A stretch of 64,000 bases of DNA from UHGV virus genome UHGV-0064883; one strand, 5' to 3'. A program made the translations under genes and the position numbers. Below the pieces are notes generated by a model. It saw nothing but the letters and a program-made list of their open reading frames with translations. It made no database searches and had not been told where the DNA came from. This document shows positions 38,486 through 47,311 of this stretch, piece after piece. The stretch comes from a virus. The stretch's first letter is position 1. Every line of letters starts with the position of its first letter.

Positions 38486-39526
38486 ATGGATTATTTATTT
38501 CCGCATTATTTTGACCGTATTGTCGTCATCAATCTCGCCAAAAACCCCGAACGGTTCACCCGCATTGCCGACGAGCTGAAACATAAGTGCCTGGCCGGGC
38601 CGGATGATATTGTCAGGCATGAAGCCGTGCATGGGGATTCCATGCCGCACCCGGCATGGTACAGGGCCGGAAACGGAGCATGGGGGTGCTTATCCAGCCA
38701 CATTGAGGTGCTGGAAGATGCCTGGAATACCGGAAGCGAGCATACTCTGATTATTGAGGATGACACCGTATTCGCCGACGACCTTTTGACGCGGTTCCCG
38801 GAAATCATGAAAGAAGTTCCGAAGGAATACGGGCAGCTGTATCTTGGAGGCCAGCACCAGCAGGCCCCGGAAGCCCTGTCTGACACGTTGTGGCGCGGCA
38901 CGTCCATCAACCGGACGCACTGCTACGCCGTCACCCGGAAATTCATTCCGGAAATCCTCGCCCACATCATGGACTGGGACACCCACATCAAGGCTGCGGG
39001 AAACCCGCTCCATATCGACCACACGCTGGAAATCGGACACCAGCGCCGGTACTGGCCCGTGTTCTGCCCCCGGTTCTGGTTCGCCGGGCAGGGAGAAAAC
39101 CAATCCGACATCAACGGCAGGCCGCAGCGGGAAATGTGGTGGGAATATTCCGTGAAACAACAACACCTGGAACTTCCCCTGCTTGTGTTGCGGACCGTTG
39201 ACATGCCAAAACATATTAAAGACCTTGTGTTTGCCGGTTGGCCGACAGATTTGGACGCCCGTGGCGTGAACAAAAAAATTGAGGATGCCAAAAAAGACAA
39301 GGCCACCCTGCTTCGGGAAATAAGCTGGCTGGCTTATGTGGGATTCCAACACCACAGCCTTCCGGCGGTGTATCTTCCGGAGCCGGAACCTACCAGCGAG
39401 CTGCAACGCCTGTGGTCCGGGGAAGTCGTTGACACGGCCCGCATGGATGACGCGGACATTCACCGGATGCACCGCATTCTGGAATTCGCCAGCAACCCGG
39501 AGATGCTAAAGTATAGGTTCCGATAG
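38486..39526 (+). CDS. Glycosyltransferase family 25 paralogue 2
   Basis: RIVVINLAKNPERF...GAWGCLSSHIEVLEDA...TLIIEDDTVFADD...LYLGGQHQQ. The C-terminal 130 aa are paralogous to gene 37411. Confidence 0.7.
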   Translation: MDYLFPHYFDRIVVINLAKNPERFTRIADELKHKCLAGPDDIVRHEAVHGDSMPHPAWYRAGNGAWGCLSSHIEVLEDAWNTGSEHTLIIEDDTVFADDLLTRFPEIMKEVPKEYGQLYLGGQHQQAPEALSDTLWRGTSINRTHCYAVTRKFIPEILAHIMDWDTHIKAAGNPLHIDHTLEIGHQRRYWPVFCPRFWFAGQGENQSDINGRPQREMWWEYSVKQQHLELPLLVLRTVDMPKHIKDLVFAGWPTDLDARGVNKKIEDAKKDKATLLREISWLAYVGFQHHSLPAVYLPEPEPTSELQRLWSGEVVDTARMDDADIHRMHRILEFASNPEMLKYRFR

Positions 39527-39563
39527 GTTGACGGCTTTTCCGGGCGCAAGTATCATGGCAGGC

Positions 39564-40172
39564 ATGAAACGGTTACGTTTGATGCCTGTCTTTTTTGTGA
39601 TTGCCGGGTGCGCCCAGCAAAACCCGCAGCCGTCCATTACTACGCCCGTACCGGAGCCGGTTGTGGAAAAAACAGTCGTCCGGCCTGTAGCGTCGTCAAC
39701 GGTCGAATGCGCGGCTACTGTCCAGGAAGCGGCCAACGCCGTGCAGAACAGTATTGCGGCTATTGTCTCCACTCTGCAGCAGGCGGAGGCCGCCACACAG
39801 GAACCGCAAACCCCCGGATGGGCTGACATGTTGTCCGAGCTGGCAAAGCAGGCCGGAAACGCGGATAAGCAAACCGCCGTGCTGATAGACCGTTCCGACC
39901 GCCTGACCAAACAGGTGACCGCTTTATCCGGAACGTGCGAACAACTGGCGGAAGAACGGGACGCGGCAATCAAAACCGCGCAGGAATCCAGAGACGCAGC
40001 CTCGGCAATCAAGGCGGAAGCCGCAGAGGTAAAAGCTGATGCACAGGCCCGCCTGTCCTCCATGTCGGACGAGCGTTCCTGGTGGCGGAAATGCGCCCTT
40101 TACACCTGGGCAGGCATTGCGGTTTTTTGTTTGGCGTGGCTCGGAATCCGGCTGGCAAGGGCCGCCAGATAG
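39564..40172 (+). CDS. Spanin-like lipoprotein with coiled-coil and a C-terminal TM segment (unimolecular-spanin architecture)
   Basis: MKRLRLMPVFFVIAGC (signal plus lipobox IAGC), an A/E/Q-rich coiled-coil middle, and a C-terminal ALYTWAGIAVFCLAWLGIRLA. Confidence 0.45.
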   Translation: MKRLRLMPVFFVIAGCAQQNPQPSITTPVPEPVVEKTVVRPVASSTVECAATVQEAANAVQNSIAAIVSTLQQAEAATQEPQTPGWADMLSELAKQAGNADKQTAVLIDRSDRLTKQVTALSGTCEQLAEERDAAIKTAQESRDAASAIKAEAAEVKADAQARLSSMSDERSWWRKCALYTWAGIAVFCLAWLGIRLARAAR

Positions 40173-40189
40173 CGGGAAAATATTCTCAA

Positions 40190-40206
40190 TTTGCAATCAT
40201 TGCAAA
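40190..40206. promoter_or_regulatory. 17-bp palindrome TTTGCAATCATTGCAAA at the edge of the AT-rich region
   Basis: Read directly from the sequence. Confidence 0.8.
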
Positions 40207-40720
40207 CCGGAAAAACCGGTGATTCAAGGCCGTAATTCTACGGTCTTTTTTATTTGTCAATATTGTTTTTTACGTTTTTATAACTTATTGAGCATCATTT
40301 GGTTGCAAATAGTATGCACCAAGAAATTTCTAGTTTAGTTATTTGTCATTGAGTATTAGATACTTACAAATAATTTGCACTTTTATAAGTTCAGGGCATT
40401 TGCAGGCGTTTGAGTATCAATAAGTTATAAATGCACTAAATCCGGAAAAACGCGCTGAATCCGCAATGGGTGCAAATATAACCAGCTGATTATCATATCA
40501 TTGTGCATAACTTGCACTTGCGCGGAAGTGCATTTATTTTACAAACTACTGAAAATGAACAGGTTATAAAGACAACCAGAAGGGAAAAACGTCAATTTTT
40601 GTTTTTATAAGTCATTGAACTATATGAAATTATAAAAAATTTGCACTTTGGGAGTGCATTAATATATATATATATATAATGTTCGTTCCTCACATTAATA
40701 TATATCTATATTCTCCGTCC
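40207..40720. repeat. ORF-free AT-rich region with repeated TTATAA, (A)ATTTGCAC and TTGCAAAT elements and a (TA)8 run at about 40662-40680
   Basis: GC content is visibly far below the flanks. No ORF of 60 aa or more. Repeats counted by eye. Confidence 0.7.
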
Positions 40721-40721
40721 T

Positions 40722-40805
40722 TACCCTAAAGGGTAAGTACGGGGCCTGGGCTGTTCCGCCCAGGCACTCTGGGACAGGGTTGGAAGAGTAGCCCAGAGTG
40801 TGAAA
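40722..40805 (+). other. Three consecutive GC-rich hairpins (CTTACCCT-AAA-GGGTAAG; GCCTGGGC-TGTTCC-GCCCAGGC; CACTCTGGG-18 nt-CCCAGAGTG)
   Basis: Inverted repeats read directly. No tRNA cloverleaf or T-loop motif. Confidence 0.6.
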
Positions 40806-40848
40806 TTTCCACTACTGTTCCGGCCAGTTTCATGATACGGTTCCGGGG

Positions 40849-41199
40849 ATGAAAAACCTTCCGCAAATCGTCAAGGACAGTTGGCGCGATATTATCGCTT
40901 TTTTGCTCATTGGCATTTTTCTCTCCATTGGCGTGGAATACCTGATTCGCCTCTCGGTCATCATGGACGTTACCGGGGCAGCTTCCTTCATCGCCTTGCT
41001 GCAGGGCTTCACCAAGTTTGCCGGGGCCAATCTCTGCGCATGGCTGCTGGGAGCCAATGTGGCCTTCCCGTACATTTCCCGTTGGGCCAGATTCGACTTC
41101 AATGCGACCTGGCGCACGATGGAGGGGTTCCGGAAAGTCCAATGCTTCCTCGCGGTTGCCATCGGGGAATTGCTCATGGCCGCCATCTGCTTTGCCTGA
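40849..41199 (+). CDS. Holin-like membrane protein (116 aa, about 3 TM segments)
   Basis: Hydrophobic segments IIAFLLIGIFLSIGV, AASFIALLQGF and LAVAIGELLMAAICFA. Immediately upstream of the endolysin. Confidence 0.45.
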   Translation: MKNLPQIVKDSWRDIIAFLLIGIFLSIGVEYLIRLSVIMDVTGAASFIALLQGFTKFAGANLCAWLLGANVAFPYISRWARFDFNATWRTMEGFRKVQCFLAVAIGELLMAAICFA

Positions 41200-41207
41200 T
41201 ACGCCCC

Positions 41208-41900
41208 ATGAACGGTCGGAGTTTAATCGGTTTGGCCCTTGCGGCCCTGTCCGCGTTTTTCGCCTGCGGGGATATGCCGGCTTCCGGTCTGGTCCTAAGT
41301 GACCGGGCCGTAGATATGATTATCCGGTACGAGACCGGAGGGAAGGCGTACTACGTGAAAAAGCTCGTGCGGCCCACATGGCCCGGAGGGGACAGCGGGG
41401 TAACAATCGGCATCGGCTACGACCTGGGCTACTATTCGGTGGCGCAGATTCGTGCCGACTGGGCATCGCTTCCGGAAAAAGACCTCCGGTTGCTTTGCAC
41501 CGTGGCCGGGTTGAAGCGTCAGACGGCCCGCGCATCTGTGAGCCGGGTGCGGTCTGTCACCGTTCCGTGGGAGCTGGCGTTGGACGTGTACCGGAAAAAG
41601 ACGATTCCCGCCTATGCGTCCACGACTAAAACCGCGTTTCAGGGGCTGGCCTTAACTCATCCCCATGTGCAGGGTGCTATGGTGTCTTTGGTGTATAACC
41701 GGGGTGCTTCCATGTCGGGGGCCAGCCGGAAGGAGATGCGGGACTGCCGGGATGACATCAAGTCCGGGCAGGTGCGGCGGGTTCCTGCCCATATCCGGAG
41801 CATGAAACGGCTGTGGATTGGGAAGGGCCTGAACGGGCTGTTAATCCGGCGAGAAGAGGAAGCCTGTCTGGTTGAACTGGGGCTGAAAGAAAAAAATTGA
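41208..41900 (+). CDS. Endolysin, phage lysozyme (GH24-like) with an N-terminal signal/SAR-like segment
   Basis: MNGRSLIGLALAALSAFFACG, then IIRYETGGKAYY...GDSGVTIGIGYDLG (lysozyme E...D...TIGxG(H/Y)) and VSLVYNRGAS. Confidence 0.65.
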   Translation: MNGRSLIGLALAALSAFFACGDMPASGLVLSDRAVDMIIRYETGGKAYYVKKLVRPTWPGGDSGVTIGIGYDLGYYSVAQIRADWASLPEKDLRLLCTVAGLKRQTARASVSRVRSVTVPWELALDVYRKKTIPAYASTTKTAFQGLALTHPHVQGAMVSLVYNRGASMSGASRKEMRDCRDDIKSGQVRRVPAHIRSMKRLWIGKGLNGLLIRREEEACLVELGLKEKN

Positions 41901-41904
41901 TAAA

Positions 41905-41940
41905 ATGTCTTGCAATTTTTTTGTGTTGTGGGTATAGTTC
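41905..41940 (+). promoter_or_regulatory. Promoter-like box TGTCTTGCAAT-N20-TATAGTTC
   Basis: Consensus match. Overlaps the endolysin stop. Confidence 0.45.
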
Positions 41941-41944
41941 TCTC

Positions 41945-42154
41945 ATGCCTTACGATAAACATACGTTAGAACTTACTCTGGAAGAGCTTACGACGTTTGC
42001 CTCGAAGAATCCGAACTCTGATGCCGGATTCGTTGAAGCGTTGAATGTGGTTCGTGATTTTCAGCGTCAGGGAAAACCTGTGGTTATTCTCTGGCCCAGC
42101 CGGAAGCCGGTAGAGGTCCATGAGAGGGTCGAAAGGCGCCAAGAAGCGGAATAA
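41945..42154 (+). CDS. Small hypothetical protein (69 aa)
   Basis: ATG ORF downstream of the promoter-like box. Confidence 0.4.
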   Translation: MPYDKHTLELTLEELTTFASKNPNSDAGFVEALNVVRDFQRQGKPVVILWPSRKPVEVHERVERRQEAE

Positions 42155-42161
42155 TCGAAAA

Positions 42162-42178
42162 TTTGCAATCATTGCAAA
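42162..42178. promoter_or_regulatory. 17-bp palindrome TTTGCAATCATTGCAAA
   Basis: 8 nt after the stop at 42154. Confidence 0.8.
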
Positions 42179-42212
42179 TTTTCATAATCCATAGCTATCG
42201 AGGGATAACATC

Positions 42213-43886
42213 ATGACATCACAAGAAAAATACATTCAAAAATTGGACGACATGTTCGCCAGCGCGGTGAGTGTCGTATTTACGCCAAGCCGTGAACCGC
42301 GCAGAACTGTAGAGGCTGTCAAGGCAATGGGGGCGCGGGACAATGTGCCGGTGTTCGTCTGGAACGATGTGTACGGCTGGAAAGTCTTTACCGGACAGGA
42401 CCGCACCGTAGGAGTCCCGGTTGACGCGGATTCCCCGGTAGGCAATTTTTATCAGGCGTTGCGCCGCATCCTGGGATTTAAAATCGGGGAAAACACCAGT
42501 AACGCGTCTTCCCGATTTGATTATGAAAAAGGCGCGGCGTATATCGTCATGGAGGGCACTAGCCCGCATCTTGGTTTGCTTCCAATGACGACAACTCTTC
42601 TCAAGGATTACGCCTATTCCTTCCCGGAAACGCTCATGAGCCTTGTGTTGATTACGTCGGAATCCTACACCATTCCGGAAGAGCTGGCCCACGACATTCT
42701 GGTTGTGGATTTTGACCTGCCGACAAAAACCGACTTGCGCCACGCATGGGAAAGCACTGTAGCCAATCAGTACGAGTCCAAGAACCTTCCGATTCCCGAA
42801 ACCTATATTCCGGGGGACAGCGTGGATGCGCTGGTCAACGCGGCATCCGGCATGACGATTCTGGAAGCGGAAACTGCGTATTCGAGGGCTTTCACCCTTA
42901 ATGACCGCCTGTTCCCGGACATTCCCGTTGAAAATCTTCTCGCGCAGGTTCACCGCTCGAAGGAAGACATTGTGAAAAAGTCGCAGACGCTGGAAATGGT
43001 TAACCCCATTCCGGTTGATTCCATCGGCGGCCTGGAACTGCTGAAAGACTGGTTTATCACGCGGTCGGTATGTTTCAGCGAAGAGGCCCGCAAGGCGAAA
43101 GTTGATGCGCCTAAAGGCGTAGCCCTTATCGGGCCGCCAGGAACGGGTAAGTCGGTATGCTCCAAGGCGGTGGCATCCATTCTCAATCTTCCCCTCGTGC
43201 GGGTGGATTTGGGGCGGCTGTTCGGGTCTCTCGTCGGCCAGACGGAAGCCCGCACCCGGACCATGTTGAAGGAATTGGAAGCTATGGCCCCCTGCATTGT
43301 CTGGGTGGACGAAGTTGACAAGGCGGGCTTGTCTTCCGGGGCTAATGGAGATTCCGGCGTATCTTCCCGCCTGCTGGGTTCTCTGCTGACCCACATGTCG
43401 GAAAATGAGTCTGGCTTGTTCTGGATTTTCACCGCCAACCGGACGGAAAACCTTCCGTCGGAATTCTTGCGGAAGGGGCGGCTGGATGAAGTATTTTCCG
43501 TTCTGCCTCCGACTTGGGCCGAACGCCGCCAGATTTTCGACATCCACTTGAGCAAGCGCGGAATCAATATTGATGATATTGTTGACTTTGACCAGGTGCT
43601 GACGGAAAGCCGGGGATTCGTGTCTGCGGAAATTGAAGCCGCGTGCAAGGAGGCGAAAGTACTTTCTTTTTATCGCAATGTTCCGGTTACGAGCAGCCTT
43701 TTGCGGTCCACCCTTAAAGGCATCATTCCAATTTCGGAAGCGTACAAAGACCAGTTTGACGCTATGACCGAGTGGGCGCAGAATAACGCGAGGCCGTCTT
43801 CCGAGCAAGAGGTTGACGTTGATGCTTCCAGCCCGCTTCCGTCCAGCATTCCGGAATCGTTGCGTGCCCGCCGCCGCAGGCATTGA
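42213..43886 (+). CDS. AAA+ ATPase (557 aa)
   Basis: Walker A GPPGTGKS, Walker B VWVDEVDKA, sensor/arginine-finger region FTANRTENLPSEFLRKGRLDE. Confidence 0.7.
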   Translation: MTSQEKYIQKLDDMFASAVSVVFTPSREPRRTVEAVKAMGARDNVPVFVWNDVYGWKVFTGQDRTVGVPVDADSPVGNFYQALRRILGFKIGENTSNASSRFDYEKGAAYIVMEGTSPHLGLLPMTTTLLKDYAYSFPETLMSLVLITSESYTIPEELAHDILVVDFDLPTKTDLRHAWESTVANQYESKNLPIPETYIPGDSVDALVNAASGMTILEAETAYSRAFTLNDRLFPDIPVENLLAQVHRSKEDIVKKSQTLEMVNPIPVDSIGGLELLKDWFITRSVCFSEEARKAKVDAPKGVALIGPPGTGKSVCSKAVASILNLPLVRVDLGRLFGSLVGQTEARTRTMLKELEAMAPCIVWVDEVDKAGLSSGANGDSGVSSRLLGSLLTHMSENESGLFWIFTANRTENLPSEFLRKGRLDEVFSVLPPTWAERRQIFDIHLSKRGINIDDIVDFDQVLTESRGFVSAEIEAACKEAKVLSFYRNVPVTSSLLRSTLKGIIPISEAYKDQFDAMTEWAQNNARPSSEQEVDVDASSPLPSSIPESLRARRRRH

Positions 43887-43925
43887 TTAGCGTGGTGATT
43901 TTTTATCTCGCATTTTTTCAATATT

Positions 43926-43960
43926 TGTCTTGCAATTCTTAAATTAAAAGGGTATATTAT
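43926..43960 (+). promoter_or_regulatory. Promoter-like box TGTCTTGCAAT-N20-TATATTAT ending 5 nt before the ATG at 43965
   Basis: Consensus match. Implies a leaderless or near-leaderless transcript. Confidence 0.45.
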
Positions 43961-43964
43961 TGAC

Positions 43965-44606
43965 ATGAGCAATGATTTAAGCACTCTTGATACCGTCACC
44001 GGGGAAATGCAGACGCTGGTGAATGGGTATGTTAAAGTGATTTTATTCAAGGTTCAGCTTCCGGGGCCGGGAACTCTGTATAAGGAAGATGGCATTTTCC
44101 GCAACAACGTTCCGGGCGTGAACCGCATCGGGTTCCCTGGGTCTATCGCCTCCCTGCAAAATGGGAGGCCGGAAGTGTGCGGAACGGTTTTTTCCGGGAA
44201 GTACAGCCTGACCCCAGGTTCCTTCCTTAAAATTTTTGTCAAGGCGCATCGGCGCAGGTCATTCCCGGAATCGGCCAGCCTGTTCATCAGGATGCGCCCT
44301 TCGGCCGCCTTGCGGCGTATCACTGTTTCCTGCCCGGAAGACCCTAAAGCCACCATTTCCGAGTTCAGCATTACCGGACGCTTCGACCTGGTAAAACCCA
44401 TTGAGGCCATTGCCGCCGGGTGTAGAATCCCTGAGCAGTTCAAGCTTGGGTACGCTCCCACAGTGGTAAACCGTTTGATGCGGTTTAGCGTCCTGTCTCC
44501 GGAAACAGCCACCCGGACCGTAGTCCGCACGGCTTCCGGGGAAGAAAAAGAAGTCATTGTCGCCAAGAGGCGGCGGCGTTTGGGCGGGGTACGTTCCCAC
44601 TCCTGA
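43965..44606 (+). CDS. Hypothetical protein (213 aa)
   Basis: ORF. Confidence 0.5.
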   Translation: MSNDLSTLDTVTGEMQTLVNGYVKVILFKVQLPGPGTLYKEDGIFRNNVPGVNRIGFPGSIASLQNGRPEVCGTVFSGKYSLTPGSFLKIFVKAHRRRSFPESASLFIRMRPSAALRRITVSCPEDPKATISEFSITGRFDLVKPIEAIAAGCRIPEQFKLGYAPTVVNRLMRFSVLSPETATRTVVRTASGEEKEVIVAKRRRRLGGVRSHS

Positions 44607-44641
44607 AAAATCTCTCATTATTAACAACAAAAAAATAAACC

Positions 44642-45127
44642 ATGAGCCATACAACTAAAGTCAAATCCGTAGTCATCCGGGATGTCCGGGCTATCCGTGC
44701 CGCTGTGCAGGAACTCCAACGTGCGGGGCGAAAAATCGCCTTGAAGGAAAATGCCGTTCCCCGTATGTATTACAAAGACCAGTTCCAAAATAGCACTAAG
44801 CGTCAGACGGCGGAATACGTCATTGAGTGTCAGGGGATGTCCAACATTACCGGAAAACCGTGTGATGTGGGCCTTGTCAAGCAGGATGATGGAACGTTTG
44901 TGCCGTATCTTGATACGTGGGGAAACTACGTCAAAGAGCATTGCGGAAACCCGAAACTTACTGCCAAAGATGGCCTTACGGAGTCGGATATTGCCATTGC
45001 GGCTTTCTCCCAGGCGTATTCCAAGCACGCGGCCATTTTCGCGGCAACTGACCAGGGCTACACCGTGCAGGACTGCTACCTTGATTCCGCGGGCAATGTG
45101 CAGTTGACCGTAGCCACCGGATTCTAA
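44642..45127 (+). CDS. Hypothetical protein (161 aa), DUF1257-like
   Basis: ORF. Paired with a DUF2997-like small gene downstream; the two families commonly co-occur. Confidence 0.4.
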   Translation: MSHTTKVKSVVIRDVRAIRAAVQELQRAGRKIALKENAVPRMYYKDQFQNSTKRQTAEYVIECQGMSNITGKPCDVGLVKQDDGTFVPYLDTWGNYVKEHCGNPKLTAKDGLTESDIAIAAFSQAYSKHAAIFAATDQGYTVQDCYLDSAGNVQLTVATGF

Positions 45128-45135
45128 GCCTGAAA

Positions 45136-45152
45136 TTTGCAACGATTACAAA
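45136..45152. promoter_or_regulatory. Degenerate palindrome copy TTTGCAACGATTACAAA
   Basis: Two mismatches from the consensus. Confidence 0.5.
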
Positions 45153-45162
45153 AATCAACAAC

Positions 45163-45366
45163 ATGGAAACAATTCACATTACGATTGACCCGGCAGGCCG
45201 CCCGACTCTGAAAGGGGAAGGATTCACCGGCACAAAATGCAACGACCGCATGAAAGCTATCGAGGATAAGCTTGGAGCCGGAAAAGGAGCCACGCGGACC
45301 GACCACCCGGAAATGTACGCGCCGGAAGACACGACCAGCACGGAGCAGTCTATCCACATGTGGTAA
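45163..45366 (+). CDS. Small protein (67 aa), DUF2997-like
   Basis: METIHITIDPAGRPTLKGEGFTGTKCNDRMKAIEDKLG resembles M..I.I..DG.v.i.v.G..G..C...t..le..LG. Confidence 0.45.
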   Translation: METIHITIDPAGRPTLKGEGFTGTKCNDRMKAIEDKLGAGKGATRTDHPEMYAPEDTTSTEQSIHMW

Positions 45367-45388
45367 AAAATCAGCCCCTCTTATTATT

Positions 45389-45709
45389 ATGAGCCAGCAA
45401 ATTACTATCTATCCGGACGGCGGCATGGAATCGCTCAGGGTATCTTCCGGGAACGGGCTTGACCTGCGGATGTTCGGAACCGTGGAAGCCCGGCGTGTGT
45501 CTGACATTGTTTTTGACGATGCGGCGCAGAAGTGGAAAATTGACATACTTGGGCAGGGCCTGCTGACCTTTTCCGAGTGGGCCAACGTGGCGAAGAAGCC
45601 TTTACCATGCTTTGCGCGTCTGGCGGCGGACGGCGTGATTTTACTGGCGGAATATGAACAGGCGGTTGATGTCGAAGTGCAGTACTTTAACGCCCGGAGA
45701 ATCAAATGA
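45389..45709 (+). CDS. Hypothetical protein (106 aa)
   Basis: ORF from an internal ATG. Confidence 0.45.
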   Translation: MSQQITIYPDGGMESLRVSSGNGLDLRMFGTVEARRVSDIVFDDAAQKWKIDILGQGLLTFSEWANVAKKPLPCFARLAADGVILLAEYEQAVDVEVQYFNARRIK

Positions 45710-45716
45710 CCGAAAA

Positions 45717-45749
45717 AATCCCCCTGCCAGCAATAATCGCCGGCAGGGG
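45717..45749 (+). other. Strong 13-bp-stem hairpin TCCCCCTGCCAGC-AATAATC-GCCGGCAGGGGGA, not followed by a T-run
   Basis: Inverted repeat with one mismatch. Confidence 0.6.
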
Positions 45750-45793
45750 GATTGCAAGTTACTCTGAAAACACTATATCGTGCGCCGTGAATT

Positions 45794-46702
45794 GTGCCAA
45801 AATCTCATGTACAGTCAAGCGAAAATCAGGATTTTCACAAAATCTGGTGCTGGTTGTACCGAACGGTCCGCCCCGCAGTGGAAGCCGAATCCGCTACATT
45901 GTTTCCCGTGCTGGAATTCGTGTTCGACCGGACGCTAGCCTGCGGAAAAACCTGGGAAGTCATCAGGCTTTTTCAATTTTCGGAAAATCTGACGTTGCAC
46001 CGGAACACCATTTCCCGGAATATCAAGCGGCTGGTTGCTCTGGGGGTTATTTTTACCCGGAACCCGAAACATGGCCGAGCAATATATGCTATCAATCTAA
46101 ACTGGACTGACACCGATATGATGAAAATTCCAAAGCGGGGCCGGACGGAAGCCCCTGTCATTCCTCTTTCCGAAATAGGCCGCATGGCGGCGGAAAAAGC
46201 GGCGGAAGCCAAAAAGAAAAAGCAGCGCAAACTGTCGTTTGATGCGGTTTCCAGCTTATGGGCTTCCACCGTTGTGGACCTGCTGGGAAGGGAGGCGTTT
46301 ATTGCGCCGACGAAAACAAATTACATGGCGCTGTTTTCTTACGCCAAACGGTTTACCTCCGAGGGTAAAACCTTCTCCGATTTTAAGGATTTTTTAACTT
46401 GGGCGATTGGACGCTGGCAACTCATCATGCGAGATACCTTCCGCTGGACAAAAAACACCGCTCCGAAAGTGCCGTCCATTGGCTGGCTGGTAAAATTTTC
46501 TGCTCAATTTGAAGAAGCCTATCTGCTTTATCTTAACCCGGTCGCAGGAAAAAACCTTTCCGGCAATCCAGCCGTTAAACCGAAGAGCGCCCGACCCCGA
46601 ACGGTCGAACCGAAAATGCCAAAACCTAAACCCCAGCCCCCGAAGCTTTTGAGGCCGTCAGGCGGTGGCGCCGGAATTGAAGAGCTTCCCGAATGGCGAT
46701 AA
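45794..46702 (+). CDS. Putative replication initiation protein (winged-helix); start uncertain (GTG at 45794)
   Basis: TWEVIRLFQFSENLTLHRNTISRNIKRLVALGVIF looks like a wHTH. Basic P/K-rich C-terminus. Lies upstream of dnaB. Confidence 0.35.
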   Translation: MPKSHVQSSENQDFHKIWCWLYRTVRPAVEAESATLFPVLEFVFDRTLACGKTWEVIRLFQFSENLTLHRNTISRNIKRLVALGVIFTRNPKHGRAIYAINLNWTDTDMMKIPKRGRTEAPVIPLSEIGRMAAEKAAEAKKKKQRKLSFDAVSSLWASTVVDLLGREAFIAPTKTNYMALFSYAKRFTSEGKTFSDFKDFLTWAIGRWQLIMRDTFRWTKNTAPKVPSIGWLVKFSAQFEEAYLLYLNPVAGKNLSGNPAVKPKSARPRTVEPKMPKPKPQPPKLLRPSGGGAGIEELPEWR

Positions 46703-46744
46703 CCGTAACCCTAACCCTTTATCTCTCTTTTACTTTTTTCCGAC

Positions 46745-47308
46745 ATGAACAATGCGATTTCCTGTGATGAAGTGGCTGCCGCGTTGCAGCGCAACGGCAT
46801 TCCGAGAATGTTCACCCGCCCCGGATATTCCGGGCTTTCCGACATTAAAGGCCGGCAGGCCGTTAATACGCGGATGCTGCTGGTTGACCGGGTGGCGGAT
46901 TGTTCCCCCGCCGCCCCGTTGGTGCTAGAATTGTCCGGAGACGGAAAAACCTCAATAGAGGTATTTTATGGGGCAATCCGGGTGTTGGTCCTCCGATATA
47001 GGTTTTCGGTGCTGGTGACTCACCTGGCAGACCTGTTGCCCCGGATTGATTCCTGTTTCGATTTTTTGAAGACTACCCAGCACCATGTGCTTGCTCTGTC
47101 CTCAATGGTGGAGGATGACCGGACGGCGGGCTACCTTTCCCGGCAGGAGCTGTACCGGTGTGAGCGTTTTGTCCAGGAGTGGCTAATGGCCGGAAAGCAT
47201 CTTGTTTTTACCGGGGCAAGGCCGCTGAAAGATTCGGAGATGTTCAGCCGGGGCTTTATCAATTTTTTGACCAGCCAGGATAATTACATTTTTGTTCCGG
47301 AGGATTGA
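46745..47308 (+). CDS. Hypothetical protein (187 aa), possible helicase-loading factor by position
   Basis: ORF between the initiator-like gene and dnaB. Confidence 0.4.
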   Translation: MNNAISCDEVAAALQRNGIPRMFTRPGYSGLSDIKGRQAVNTRMLLVDRVADCSPAAPLVLELSGDGKTSIEVFYGAIRVLVLRYRFSVLVTHLADLLPRIDSCFDFLKTTQHHVLALSSMVEDDRTAGYLSRQELYRCERFVQEWLMAGKHLVFTGARPLKDSEMFSRGFINFLTSQDNYIFVPED

Positions 47309-47311
47309 CGT

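Noticed and set aside
40722-40805. Triple hairpin region inspected as a possible tRNA or tmRNA
   Set aside because: No acceptor/T-arm geometry and no GTTC-R-A T-loop. The anticodon arm and the 3' end cannot be paired. Kept only as a structured element.
45706-46110. Alternative-frame ORF overlapping the start of the replication-initiator-like gene
   Set aside because: It has no motifs and overlaps a hairpin. The wHTH-containing frame at 45794..46702 is more protein-like, though its start remains uncertain.
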